Assembly: GCF_964204645.1 (NCBI RefSeq)
Contig: NC_134029.1
Location: 19,090,950-19,154,949, forward strand
Source of the DNA: Tubulanus polymorphus
Taxonomy: Eukaryota > Animalia > Nemertea
Length of the DNA stretch: 64,000 bases
Reading direction: 5' to 3'
Positions 26,101-38,295 of this stretch are shown piece by piece (position 1 is the first letter of the stretch; each line of letters begins with the position of its first letter). The notes under the pieces are model-generated. The model saw nothing but the letters and a program-made list of their open reading frames with translations, was not told the origin of the DNA and searched no databases. A program made the translations under genes and the position numbers.

Positions 26101-26610
26101 TTAGCCGAGCTCAGGTCGACTTATACAAAACATTTGTCTTATGATCTTTAGAGCACTCGGGCCGACTACGAATCGATCATGTGACACAATAATCATCTCT
26201 GATTGGCTTCAATGTTAAGATCGGTCGTCGGAAGTAGAACTTGGTGCGTATCCTTAAGCCTAGCTCAGGTCGACTTATGACCTGACTAGATCATCGTAAA
26301 GACAGTGGTAGTAAACACGTGACCACTCATTGCCGATTCATTTTGTCAGCAATCGGGTTGACTAGGACTCGATCATCGCTGAGTCTAAAGGTCATGTGAC
26401 CCAATACTAATCGCTGATTGGCTATGATGATCTCATCGGGTCATATGAAATAGAACTTGTATCCTTGCGATTCGGCTTACGACGGGTCTGCGATCAACCC
26501 GTTGCAGTCGTGAGTACAATCATGTCGAATAGGTTCTCGATAGAAAAATTGCGGACTGGAGCGGTTATGATTAGATCGGATGGGATCTTAGTCGACCTGA
26601 GTTAGGGTTT
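26101..26610. mobile_element. MITE with a duplicated left end
   Basis: AGCC.AGCTCAGGTCGACTTA at ~26103 and ~26257; inverted TAGTCGACCTGAGTTAGGGT at ~26590-26609. Confidence 0.65.
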
Positions 26611-27238
26611 AAGGCGAGTAAAAATTCATCGGTGAGTAAGATAAACGGAAGGTTCAGCCAGGTCCAGGGTCTCGCTGCAATTTCGAAGTGAAAGTCCTTG
26701 CATTCTTGTATTCAGATAAGTGTACAATGTTTTCATTTTACTGGTCTGTAATAAATACGTCAAAATCTCCCTAACTAAACTATGATTAACAACTAGCCAA
26801 CTGTTTGATGTAACCTTGCCGTACAAGTAACCGCGAGGTAGAACCACCTGTAAACCTTGTATCAGAGGAGAGCGGTGTTACTACAGCATTCCCATCAGTT
26901 CCAGATGTAAATCGCGGTTCACTGTTTATTGGAATCGAATTTACTCCTAGAGTAAAGGATCAAGAATGTGCCTATCGATATGTCATTCAGGGGCCTTCGA
27001 TTTTTTAGATCCAGTGTTAGGACATGCTCGAAAAGGATTTTCATTTTACTGGTCTGTTTGGTACTAATTGGGTAAACTTAGATAATTTTAACTTTTACTG
27101 GCCGAACCAGGGTGTGATTATCGACGGTACTTTTCCAAACACTGGGGAAAAGATTTTTCGAAAAGGTTGCATTAGCATCTTGACGGGCTGAATTGCAAGG
27201 ATTCGTAAATTTAGTTCAAAACGCTTGTGGCTTTAATA

Positions 27239-27653
27239 CAGGGTTCCTGATGATTCCTTATAAACTTGTTCCTAATGGAAAATGCCTTCAAAGGTGCTTG
27301 AAACTCTATTAATTTGAGCAAAATACCCAGAATTCCTTTAAAACTCCTTCAATTTTGAGAAATAGGCAATTAAAAATGTTTGTCCAGTTTGTTGTACAGT
27401 AGACCTAAATCGGTACAGTTTGGACCAGAATTTGTTTCTACCCAAATTAGGCGGTTGCCGAATTAGAAAGTAAGTTTAGATAGTGATAAGGATGAAAATG
27501 TGCTTACAAAATGCCACAGAATTAATGGTTTACTGAGATATACTGAAACCGATTTTAGGAGAAATGAAAGTGATGTGAACGCTTCCTCGAAATTTGAAAT
27601 ATTTGCCTTTAGATATCCTTATATTTAGAAATGACTGATTTGTAGGGACCCTG
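27239..27653. mobile_element. hAT-like MITE (CAGGG...CCCTG); inverted copy at ~593-975 in EMC6 intron 2
   Basis: CAGGGTTCCT...AGGGACCCTG termini; AACTCCTTCAATTTTGAGAAATA matches the reverse complement of 865-887. Confidence 0.65.
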
Positions 27654-29653
27654 TAATATCTCTTTCTATTTCATAAAATTCGATTTGATTCTAGTGTCGG
27701 ATGATATCATAGAATTGTAGGCCTATAACTAATTTTGAAACTAATGGCATTGGAAAATATGCTGCAGTATGTAAATGCAAAGCCGGTAAAATAGTTCTGG
27801 ATATTCTTGGTAGATGGCAGCAGTATCTGTCTAATTCCTTGGATACACTGGTTCAATCCTACTATCAAAAACAATTTGTTTTTGAGTGTCCATGGTTCAA
27901 TGTAACTAATCATTGATGATTTAAAATGTGTATATCGTAAAAATCTAATCAGCCCCAAATTATTTTTCAGGGAATTTATGTTGATATTGTATGATAACAT
28001 GTGATTATTTAGGAAATTCAGGCGATGGATTTTGAAAAGGTTTAAACCAATTTATCTATGTTTGTCAGATGTGATGCAAGGTTTTTTCTAATCTTGACTA
28101 AACTTTTGGGAAAACATAGGTAAAGCCCTTATTAGCGCTTACTTTTCAAACAATTTTTTCCTTGTGCCTGAAAGTATCTAGTACTTATTGAACCGAATGT
28201 CTTCACAGAAACATAATGAAAAATTTTCGACTGCCAGAAAGACTCTGCTGAGAATATTCTCAGATTGGGAAAATTATCAAGGACGTTAATTAAAAAATAT
28301 TTCTGGAGGGATAACCACAAACCCTCCTCCTACTGCTATCAAATAGCAATCCGATATAATCCTGGCTCTACCACAAGGAAATGGTCTCTGGATTCTGGAA
28401 AGTGTTTCTTTTGACTTTCGACAGTGTTGATGCAGTATAAGGTGCCTCGGCCTTATTGATACCATATGAATTTTTGATACCATGGATGAACTTCTATCCC
28501 TGAATATGCTATACATGTAGAATAAAGTAAGATATTCGCAGAATGAACTAAATCTGATTGCGAACTGTCGGCAGGATTCCAGGGGCCGATTCCATTGTCT
28601 AGACTTAAGACTTAAAGTGGTCTTAAATCTTAACACTGCTCTTGAGTTGCTAGATTGCCTAAAGAACTAAGATGGGCTTAGAATAGTCTTAAGTCTAAGC
28701 CCTGACTACGGAACTGCCCCCCCCCCAAATTTCTTGCTTGGAATCGCAAAATATATCTCGGATATACCTTATCAAATCTTAGATCATGCCCAGTCTACTG
28801 AATTCTTTCAGATCAGAAAGAAGTTGTTATCCACATTTATCTGTTGCTCAGAGTCTGACATTCATCGTGTGACTATACACTTAAAGATATCGAGTACCTC
28901 GTTATTCACAGCCAAAAATCAGATTTCTGTCAATATAGCTGTTGGCATTTTCTGAAAGCCGTCGCGATGTTATTTCGTAATCATCGCCGCAAAGCTCAAT
29001 AATTCATAAGTCATTACCGACTGCCGAGAGCGAATGGATTGTCTGCGTTAATGGTGAAAAGCTCGCGCTGTTAATAGTAAGCATTGTATCGAGAGCGTTT
29101 GTGAGAGAGAGAAAATGGGGAGAGCGGAGTTTCGCGGAATATTTTCTATGTTGAGTGGCTCTCTGACCGCTTTTGTCTGGCTCGATCGCTCTTAGGCATA
29201 ATAAGGCGGCGGCGTAATGCAACTCCGAAACGCGTACCAGTTTGGTCGGTCGGTCGTGTTAATTGCAGTAAGTAACGACGTACTTAAAATCGACGGAGAT
29301 AAAAGTTGACTCGAAGATCATCAAACTCTGGCGACGTCGATAGACATCTGTTAGTCGTAGCAGAAGATCACAGTCAACGGATGAGCGATTACGATTCTGA
29401 GATCGGCTTGCTCATTTCGTTATTAAGTTATACGGTTTGTAGTTCGTCCCGAGATGATGAAAACGGCCGGATTACGAAACTCTTGATCGACGGCTGGATA
29501 AGTAATAATATCCGAGTGGAATACATCGCGCGGGGATAAGCGCACTCGCGATTTTCTCTACTCGGCCGGTTTGAAGACGTTCGACGTCGAGACAGTTTCC
29601 CCGTTGTAAGCACGCACGACGAGGCAGCGCGATCGAACCCTCAAGCGAACAGA

Positions 29654-29714
29654 CGAACGAACGAACGAACGAACGAACGAACGAACGAACGAACGAACGA
29701 ACGAACGAACGAAC
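29654..29714. repeat. (CGAA)n microsatellite
   Basis: About 15 perfect CGAA units. Confidence 0.97.
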
Positions 29715-30726
29715 GTGACGAGGACTACACCTACATATTGACTTTTAATTATCGCAGTAGATTTGATGAATATTGTCACTTCGGGTACGTAGTGTATATA
29801 TAGCCACCACGCGAAGAAGCATCGATCTTTCACGCATATATACGTCTGTAAACGCGTTTGTGCGAGTACATCTTTCCATATGATTCGATAAAATTAGATC
29901 GTCTATCGCGCGCAAACCGCGGATGAACTCGCGAGCTTCGTCTGTAATCCCCAGTTTTCAATGTTTGGATAGCGATCTCTTTGTTCGGATGTTGACTGTG
30001 CGTTGACTCGTCTCTGATCGAATTTCTCTAGCCCTCATTTTGCGCGGCGACGTTAGTTTTTTTTCCGCGAAACAGCGAGACAAACTCATTATCGGTGACG
30101 TCTGCTATGCGTGCACATTTACGATATATAGGATTCCGCCGCGTCGGACATTGATGTATGGTAGATGAGATTCTGTCGGCGACGCCAAGGTTGACATTCG
30201 TCTTACTAGCAGACAGGCTTAGTCAGTCGTCTTACGAGAGCTCTCGGATTATTATGACCTAGCCTCCTCTTCTATTCAATATAGGTGTATTTACGTATAT
30301 CAGAGGTGAACATTTTTCCGCTACAGAAAGTAAGGTTGTTTTCAGCTGTAGAAACAGGCGTTAATTTAGATGCACACGAACGAGCGCCGTGCTGGATTAA
30401 CCGTTCCACTGTTCGTTTTCTAATCAGTGATTGACTGGCTGAGCGAAAAAAATATTTCCCCGTCTAACGCAGGAATGAACGATTTTCTCTCGTCGATTGT
30501 TGCATAAGGTTCAATAATAAACGTCGCGGTCAGAGATCGGTTGAGTTTGCGCACTTGTTAACAGACATACGCAGATGATTGGGATGCTTACTGCGGGATA
30601 GCAGAGGATGTGACTGGACTAATAATCCGATATAGAGACCTGACATTCTGGTTAACTGTAGCAGCACTCAAGTGCTTTCGTCTTTAACTAGTATCAGTCA
30701 AAACGCGGGAATCTCTTGGCAGTTGA

Positions 30727-31060
30727 ATCCAGTCAACTGGTATATGGTATATTGATGTTTGTATGAAGTATCCAGTAAACTGGTATCTTGTTAGCAGTAG
30801 TATCCAGTGAACTGGTATCTTGTAAGCAGTATCCAGTCAACTGGTATCTTGTAAGCAAAATCCTGTCAACTGGTATCTTGTAAGCATTATCCAGTCAACT
30901 GGTGTTAGTAGTATCCAGTCAATTAACATTTACATAATATCTAGGATCTTGATATTTGTTAGCTGAAGCCAGTCAATTGGTATCCGGTATCCAGTGAAGG
31001 ATCGTTAAGCGATATCCGGTCAATTTATAGCAGTATCCTATCAGCCGGTGGTATCCCGTC
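30727..31060. repeat. Degenerate ~29-bp minisatellite (AGTATCCAGTCAACTGGTATCTTGTAAGC)
   Basis: Clear units at 30767-30920, decaying on both sides. Confidence 0.85.
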
Positions 31061-31400
31061 AATAGGCCTAGGTCAAGTCAGCAGACTGGAACGGTACTCC
31101 ATGTATCGCGGGCGCACAATCTTATCTAACGTTCTCAGAATTACCGAACAGCAATAACAACTCGTGCGTCCGGGCAAGAACAATACGAAAACAATTTTCT
31201 TGTCATTTTTCATGAATAATTGATAGCGTCTAGTTATCGAGCGGACAGACGGACGAACGAACTAACAGACGCATTAACGGACATATCGGCTGCAAACAGC
31301 TGCATATATCTCGGTCAATATTTATCGTTTGGATCGTCGTGAATTGGTCGGATTCTGTCATCGTCGATCGTCGCCGAGTTGATGACCGCGTTGTTACACG

Positions 31401-31504
31401 ATGAGTCGACGACGCGAAGTTCATTCGTGCGAGTTTTCCGACGAGATATTCAACCGTATCGATTCACCTCCCGTCTGGAAACGGTCGCTGAACGATGTCA
31501 CCAG
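31401..31504 (+). CDS. Probable first coding exon of kelch-like gene (MSRRREVHSCEFSDEIFNRIDSPPVWKRSLNDVT + AG)
   Basis: ATG at 31401 with an in-frame TGA 18 nt upstream, 34 open codons and a strong donor CCAG|GTAAGA in phase 2, which matches the phase-2 acceptor of the BTB exon at 61423 (AG+A = Arg). Lies in a CpG-rich block. No homology support for the peptide. Confidence 0.55.
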
Positions 31505-31736
31505 GTAAGAGTCACGACGACGACGCGTTTCGTGCGTCTTTGTTTTCACGATTGTTTTTTTATAAATTCGAAAGCTCCGTACTTGTGCCGTGTGAACGAA
31601 CGTCTTAGAAGAAAGTCGGTACCTCAGGGAAGATGTCTGAAATATTAAAACGTTAGTCTTAGGTTTTATTCAAGAAATCGCTAAAACGTTTGCAGCAGCA
31701 GCTTATACAGGTGTCAGTTGCTCAAAAGTTTGTTAA

Positions 31737-32014
31737 CCCTTTCAGTGCTGACTAGTTAATACTAGTTAATAGTGCTAGAGATAATTTGAAAATTTTAAAA
31801 ATTTTTGAATAACGGGAATACCACTATAGTGCGTCTACACCGTGGGGCGGTGTATCGTTAGTTACTAGTATTTCACTATGTCTGACAAGTGCTGCCATTT
31901 TTCAAGAGAGATAATTACTTATTACTAATTACATCAATACACGGCAGTGCGGTGTACTAGCAAAATCCATCACTGATTTATACACCGCACTGCAGTGAAG
32001 ACGCACTGAAAGGG
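31737..32014. mobile_element. piggyBac-type MITE (TTAA TSD) nested in another MITE (31710-32123)
   Basis: TTAA-CCCTTTCAGTGC...GCACTGAAAGGG-TTAA. The host element resembles the uninterrupted copy at 52638-52768. Confidence 0.85.
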
Positions 32015-32282
32015 TTAAAGAGAACCGGTTGATAATTAACCGTTGTAACAATGAACCGTAGTAACACGTCACTATGTCAAATATCGACTTGTTAACTCTA
32101 ACCAACTTTTCGGCAACTGACCCATGTTCTTAAGTATTAAACATTGAATATTGATTCAAAAAATTTTAAATATTTGTGCCTTGCACCTGAGTTAAGCTCT
32201 GATGAAATGGCTGTGTTTATTGGTCCATATTTTCCCTACGTATGTATATTATCGAAACTTGTGGCAGAAATAGTTTACTTAA

Positions 32283-32565
32283 CCCTTTCAGTGCCTCTAC
32301 ACCCCAGTGCGGTGCATAAATCGGTGATGGACCTTGCTAGTACGCTGCTCTCTGCGGTGTATCGATGTCATTCGTAAACATTTTTTTCTCTAATGAAGAT
32401 GGTAGCACCTGTCAAACACAGTTAGATGTAAGTTTCTAACGATACACCGTGTCACGGTGTAGATGCATTATAGTGGATGCCTGTTATTTGATGCACTGGG
32501 CTGGAATTTTTGAAAATTTACAAATTATCTTCCGCTCTTTGGGGCATTAGTCAGCACTGAAAGGG
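32283..32565. mobile_element. piggyBac-type MITE, same family, opposite orientation
   Basis: TTAA-CCCTTTCAGTGC...GCACTGAAAGGG-TTAA. Confidence 0.85.
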
Positions 32566-32860
32566 TTAAGCTTTTCTAGCTTCTCATTCGAGACCAAAAA
32601 CAACCCATTAAAGCTGTTCCCCGTGGAGCTGCGGAATTGCATCGGTGTCGTGCTTTAAGGTTCCACGAACTTCGATTTATGGGGAAAAGAGTAGTTCGCG
32701 ATCGTGTCTCCGTAATATCAAAAGGTAATTTATCGTACAGCTATGTGACTTCGGGGACGAAAAATGGCAAATTGATGCGATGTAAAGCTGTATGATTTAC
32801 AAACAAGATTCTGTTCGTTATCTATTACTCTACTGCTTTTTACCGCATAAGTTTAGTTTT

Positions 32861-33340
32861 GTTGATCCTTATAGAATGGTTCTGAGAGTAACTTTCTGTT
32901 AGCTCTTGGTGGCACAAATTGTAACCATTTGATATACACATCTGATATTTTGTGATTAGGAGGGAAATAGGTATTGGAATTGACATGGCAATTTTTGTCC
33001 ATCAGGTGTAAGCCGTTTGGAAGTGCTGGGAGAAAATGTGCAAAATTTCAATGAACTTTTCCACATTCTACTAATCGATGCTTGACCTAGTTTCATGACA
33101 TCATAGGGAAAGCCCTTCAGCAGGGCATCACTTGGAAATCCTTCTAGACGGGCTTTCCCAGTGACATCATTATCAAGAACTGTTCTACCATGTACTTGTG
33201 ACTCATCGGGAAAACCCATTACCATGTATATCATCATAGTTGAACACATGGACCCTAGAGTCCGTGGTTCGGTTGAACATGCTTATCAGTGCACCATGAT
33301 TTCATCTTTATATGTTATTGCTAAATCCAAGAACAAATTG
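32861..33340 (+). repeat. ~450-480 bp interspersed repeat, second copy at 48538-48975
   Basis: Long collinear similarity, e.g. GAGAGTAACTTTCTGTTAGCTCTTGGTGGCACAAATTGTAA and GGGCTTTCCCAGTGACATCATTATCAAGAACTGTTCTACCATGTACTTGTGA are identical in both copies. Confidence 0.9.
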
Positions 33341-36300
33341 ATTTTGTGCTCAAACTTGAAATGTACTCAGTTGATCCTACTGGACCATGGTCATTTAGTT
33401 TGTTATCTCTTTTCTTGCGAAATACAGATATTTTTCTAGCTCCATAATTCCTTGCTACATAACGAAAGTTGCTAAGGTGTTCCTCCTTAATTCTGAATGT
33501 ATAATCATCCGCACACTATCATCATTGTCCTGGCTCATTGTGGCTCAATACTTGAATGAGGTTTCGACATTTTTCCTTCTATTCGACGCTCAGGCCCTCA
33601 TCGCTTTTTTAAACCCTTTCTCAGTCGATCGTCGTATTCTTACAGGCTGATACATTTTCTCGATGATGGAGATGTTATTTTTGCTGTTGCATGCTAGCGA
33701 GGGGCGATATGTGTTTCTCAGCTTTGCCTCTTACTCATCACATGCTTCAAACTATTAAGAGTAAAACAGTTGATGATGATGATGATAATGATGAGGCCGA
33801 GTGATTTTTTAGTGCTGTAATCTACTTCGCTGGAGTATCTAAGAGAGCTCTTCACTGTTATCGGTATATTCCGCTGAGCCAGTACCAGCGTCGGCTGTCT
33901 GCAATAAGATACTTGTTGATTCATCGTTCGATCTATCGGCTTATATAAATTATCATCGATTATCTCCTCGGACAATGGGGAGCTGCAACACCAGCTAACC
34001 AGCCAGCGCGACGAACATTCGAAGTCTTAAGCCGGGCTCTGGTCGCCCTATACAATGCAGTGGAACTAGGAGCGACTAGTCGTAGAGTGCTCAGGTCGCC
34101 GTCGACTGAAGATTACAAGCGACCATCAGCAGTGAGTTGCTAGTCGTAGTGCTGCGCTCAAGGGCTTTGTGTTGTCAAAATAGAACTTTTAGGAATTTTC
34201 AATGAATTTTTAGACCTGAATCCATACATTATCGCATGAGACACTGCATATACTAATCTAGTTAATTTACTTGCTCAATGATTGATAAAGTTTTTGTTAG
34301 CAATTGATGAGAAAACGTCATTCGATTTTCACTGAAATATGAAACCCTGAAGACCGATTTACTATGCGCTAGTGAGCCTGGTGGATCCTTGCTTGCCGCA
34401 AAAGCATTGGAGGTTCCCTGTTGTACGATAACTGCCTGATTGAAGAAAGGAAATTGCCTGAAGATTTCATCAGATATTACATTCACATCAAATTTCAATA
34501 CTTTTCGTAGCTTTTTCAATTGAATGATAATCAACAGTGACAGAGGGGTCTATTCTCTTGGACTTCTTGGACAGACATCCTCAAACATAATAATCATCAA
34601 ATTCATAAGAATTTCTTTAAATGAATCGGTCAGCCTATAAATTCGACGAAGCTTATTCTTATTTCCTGATTCTCAGAAAATCCGCGGCCAAAATATAATC
34701 AGGAGTAAAAATATCTCGAATTCATTTAGACGCGTTTGAACCGTCCATATCACACCAGTGGATTTCTAGATTTCAGGCTATTTACAAACCACGATATATA
34801 AAACCAGTGTCCCAATGAGGCTTATTAGTTTTATCGCCGCGATAAAGAAGTAATGTTTACAGGGTTTTTTTATAGACAATTATTTAACGCACGCCCGGGC
34901 TCTATCAATCAGCCGATATTGTTCGATAAAGACTTGTTTGTCAATAGCGTTAGTTTAGGCATACGCAACGATATGAAAAGGAAACTAGTATTGAGTCGAT
35001 CTATTTCCATTCGGATAACCGTTGATGATTCGTGTGTTTACAACTTTTTGAATGACAATTGCCTAAATGTAAGCCGTAATTCGCTTTCGATTTAACGGAT
35101 CCACAATTGATGATTGTGACGGATGATTCTCCGTTTTTCAACGCGCATTTTTAGCATTGACAAAAACAGAAACGAAAGTTGCGTCGGCGTGGCGTCGGCG
35201 GCGACCGCATTGAGCACCTGGGAATTATGCGTACCTGATTTCATTTATAAACGACATGACTTTTACAGCTCATTACCGGAGCTATACAAATATCGCTTCG
35301 TTCAGGTTCGGGGGACCCTGTGTACGGGGAAGCTTTTTTACTATAGTCGCCATCAATCATATTGTTCGGCTTCGAGCTCGCCGCCTAGCAACCCCGTAAA
35401 CATCGTTGCACCGGTTTTTCGGCTGATATTACGCAAACGCTGTTTTCGAGCGATCGAGATCGGAATTTAGCGAAATTGCATCTTAAATCTAGACGCGTGT
35501 GTCGAGACGTAGTAGATTTCGATGTTACGCGTTTGATTGACAGTATAATTTTATATCGTCGTTTCGGATAGAAACTGGACGTAAATCGCTAATCGACTCG
35601 ATCTCGGGTCTATTCGAGTACAATGCCGGATATATGCGTACAGACTACTGCTGGTCATATCAAATATGAATTGCGAAATCGGCTGGCTAGCAAAATAATC
35701 CAGGCAAATGTCGGCGTTGGTGCCGATCATGAAGACGACGCATCATACGACAACAGGTAGGAGAGTAGTCAACGGTGTCGGGTTGAAAGTTGTCTACATT
35801 ATATGTAATTGTTAGATTGTTATGAAGCCAGAATGGAATTCGGCTGGTCTTAAAACTTAAAGCTGTGGTTGCGCAATCGACCCCTGATATAAACGGTGAT
35901 TTCAAGGCTTTTAGGTGTCAATAACCGCGACGGTCTCGGTCTAGAAGTAGTCTTAGATTATATGTTTGGAATCATAAGTTGATTGGTTATAGAACCAAAA
36001 TTGTCTTCGACCAGTCTTAAAACAGAAGATGTGGTTCCGAATTTTTTGTAAATTACACATCGGCAAAATTTGGCCTTTGCCAAACAGACACAGGCCCATT
36101 TGGCACCAAAAATGCTTGTGTGGTCGCGGCTATTATCTGTTAGTCCAGGTACCCCAGTTGCTCCTTGTTGGAGTGCGTTCTGCTGCTTGTGCGATTCATG
36201 TAAATCCCTCATCACCAGAAATTGACTATTCACATAGTCAAAAATCTGTCTGTTAAAATGACTCGCTGCTATTTATTCATACACGATCGAACCCTATTTT

Positions 36301-37031
36301 AGCAGCAGATGCTGGCGAGTTTTTGTCGAGACGAAAAACTTTCGAAATATTTTACATTAATACTGTACATTCTAAAAACCACTATGACCCCAACGCTTAA
36401 ATCTCGATGCAGTAGGTGTTTCGTTCAGTTTATTTTCACAGGAGCCTCTAATCTGCAGTCGCAGTAAATAGACTTGCGAAATATACTTGCAAAAATAACA
36501 TTTCATTGGTTTTCACCTGCTACCGAACACCTGTGGACACCCACGATTTCCACAACTCCCGACACGTGCTGCCATCTGACGCGGAAAGGCGAAACTGATC
36601 ATTTCGAATATTGTGGTGATTTCATCATCTCACTTGTAACAGCTGTGCGTACAAATGTTTGTCCGCACTACAAATTACTTTTTAATCGACAACAAGCTGT
36701 GAATTAAATACTGCAAACAGTTTTAACTGTGTCGATAATGAGTTATGTCTAACTTAACGATAGACCATGAAACCTAAATCGTTTTTGGAGTCCATGGATA
36801 GACCGAGTAGAAATCGTGCAATTTGATTTTAGAATAATAAACGCTGTGAGGTTTAAATTGCTTCATGTGGATAGCAAGCAGGAGAGGCTCCGAACCTCCA
36901 ACCAAAAAGCTTTGCAACTTGGGCTGTTACTCTAGTATAGGATATTGATCAGCCCACTCATAAATCCCAGCATAATGAGAAAATTCAACATAGGCAGGGT
37001 ATTCATAGGCAGTACAAGCCTATGAATACCC

Positions 37032-37144
37032 TGGGCCCGGATTTGGAGATTGGAAATTTCTTTAACCTGGGGGTTAAGTCAGTTGAAAATGAATTAAGTT
37101 AGCCCCCTAGTTAAAGTTCATATTAGTCTATAAATCCGGGCCCT
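37032..37144. mobile_element. Small MITE
   Basis: GGGCCCGGATTT...AAATCCGGGCCC termini. Confidence 0.65.
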
Positions 37145-38194
37145 GGGTTATAGGCCTACCACGCTCTGCTGCTGGTGAAATTGGTAATTCAAATATGGTG
37201 ATATAGTAAAAATGTAATGACAATTGCATATTTCATTCAAATGATATTATGATCCTACTCTGGTGGGTGAACGAGTCCTGATGAGGTGATCAAGTACATG
37301 AACTGTGTACATGTCTGTATATAAAATTGCTATGAGATTTTATCGAAAATACTCATTTATATTCCGAAATACATACACGTATATCTTAAAGGAAAATATC
37401 ATAGATTTCATCATCTTTTCATCTACTGTTGTTAGATCATGTCGCACATGTAGCCGTCATTGATTTGCCGATATTAGTCGATAATCTTTGTATGAACATT
37501 GATTAACGTTACAGTCTGGCTGGGTGTCTGAGTGTGTCTAGGGTTTTCAATTCGGTATCGAGCCTTCATTGAACGTATAAGTCGCCAGAAAGATATATTA
37601 TCGATACGAAATAAGTGGTATACTTTTTAAAATCTTAAAGTAGGGATTATCAACTATTTATTTGATTGGTAGATTTTGTCTGATTTGTTTTGATTCGGTG
37701 TTCCTTACAAGCTTGCACCACACCTGCCGGGAACAGTGGGTTTGATTTTGAAATTGGAAATCGAAGTCCACATATAGTTGTGTGATCGGCGGTCGAATTG
37801 ACAGAATATATTTTGTTGAAATCAAAGTACATGATTTACTGGTCTGTTATCGTTCTTTATTCAAATTGAATGCGACTTATGTTTAACAGTTGAAATCCCA
37901 TTAGCGGGTTTAATTTTCGCGAATATGTTTTGTTCGCAATTAGTTCCGATAAGAGGAATACGTTATACAGGTTTACGGGGCGTCCCTTGTCTATGAAAAC
38001 CTATTTATACTCGATGATCTTACTCTATTTAGAATCGACAATGACCAGTACTTGTCTTTTCTTTGCTTAAGGTCATCATTCCAAACGATTACTCTTAATA
38101 CCCGATGTTTACCGATTAAATTAGGCCGTGGGTTTTGATATTTTTGTTTTGGTGAAATTCGTTAGCAGGAAATTGAATTGAAATTTGAGAAATG

Positions 38195-38295
<101 letters not shown>

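Noticed and set aside
37275-37310. CCTGATGAG, possible second hammerhead
   Set aside because: No downstream GAAA and no stem II/III pairing.
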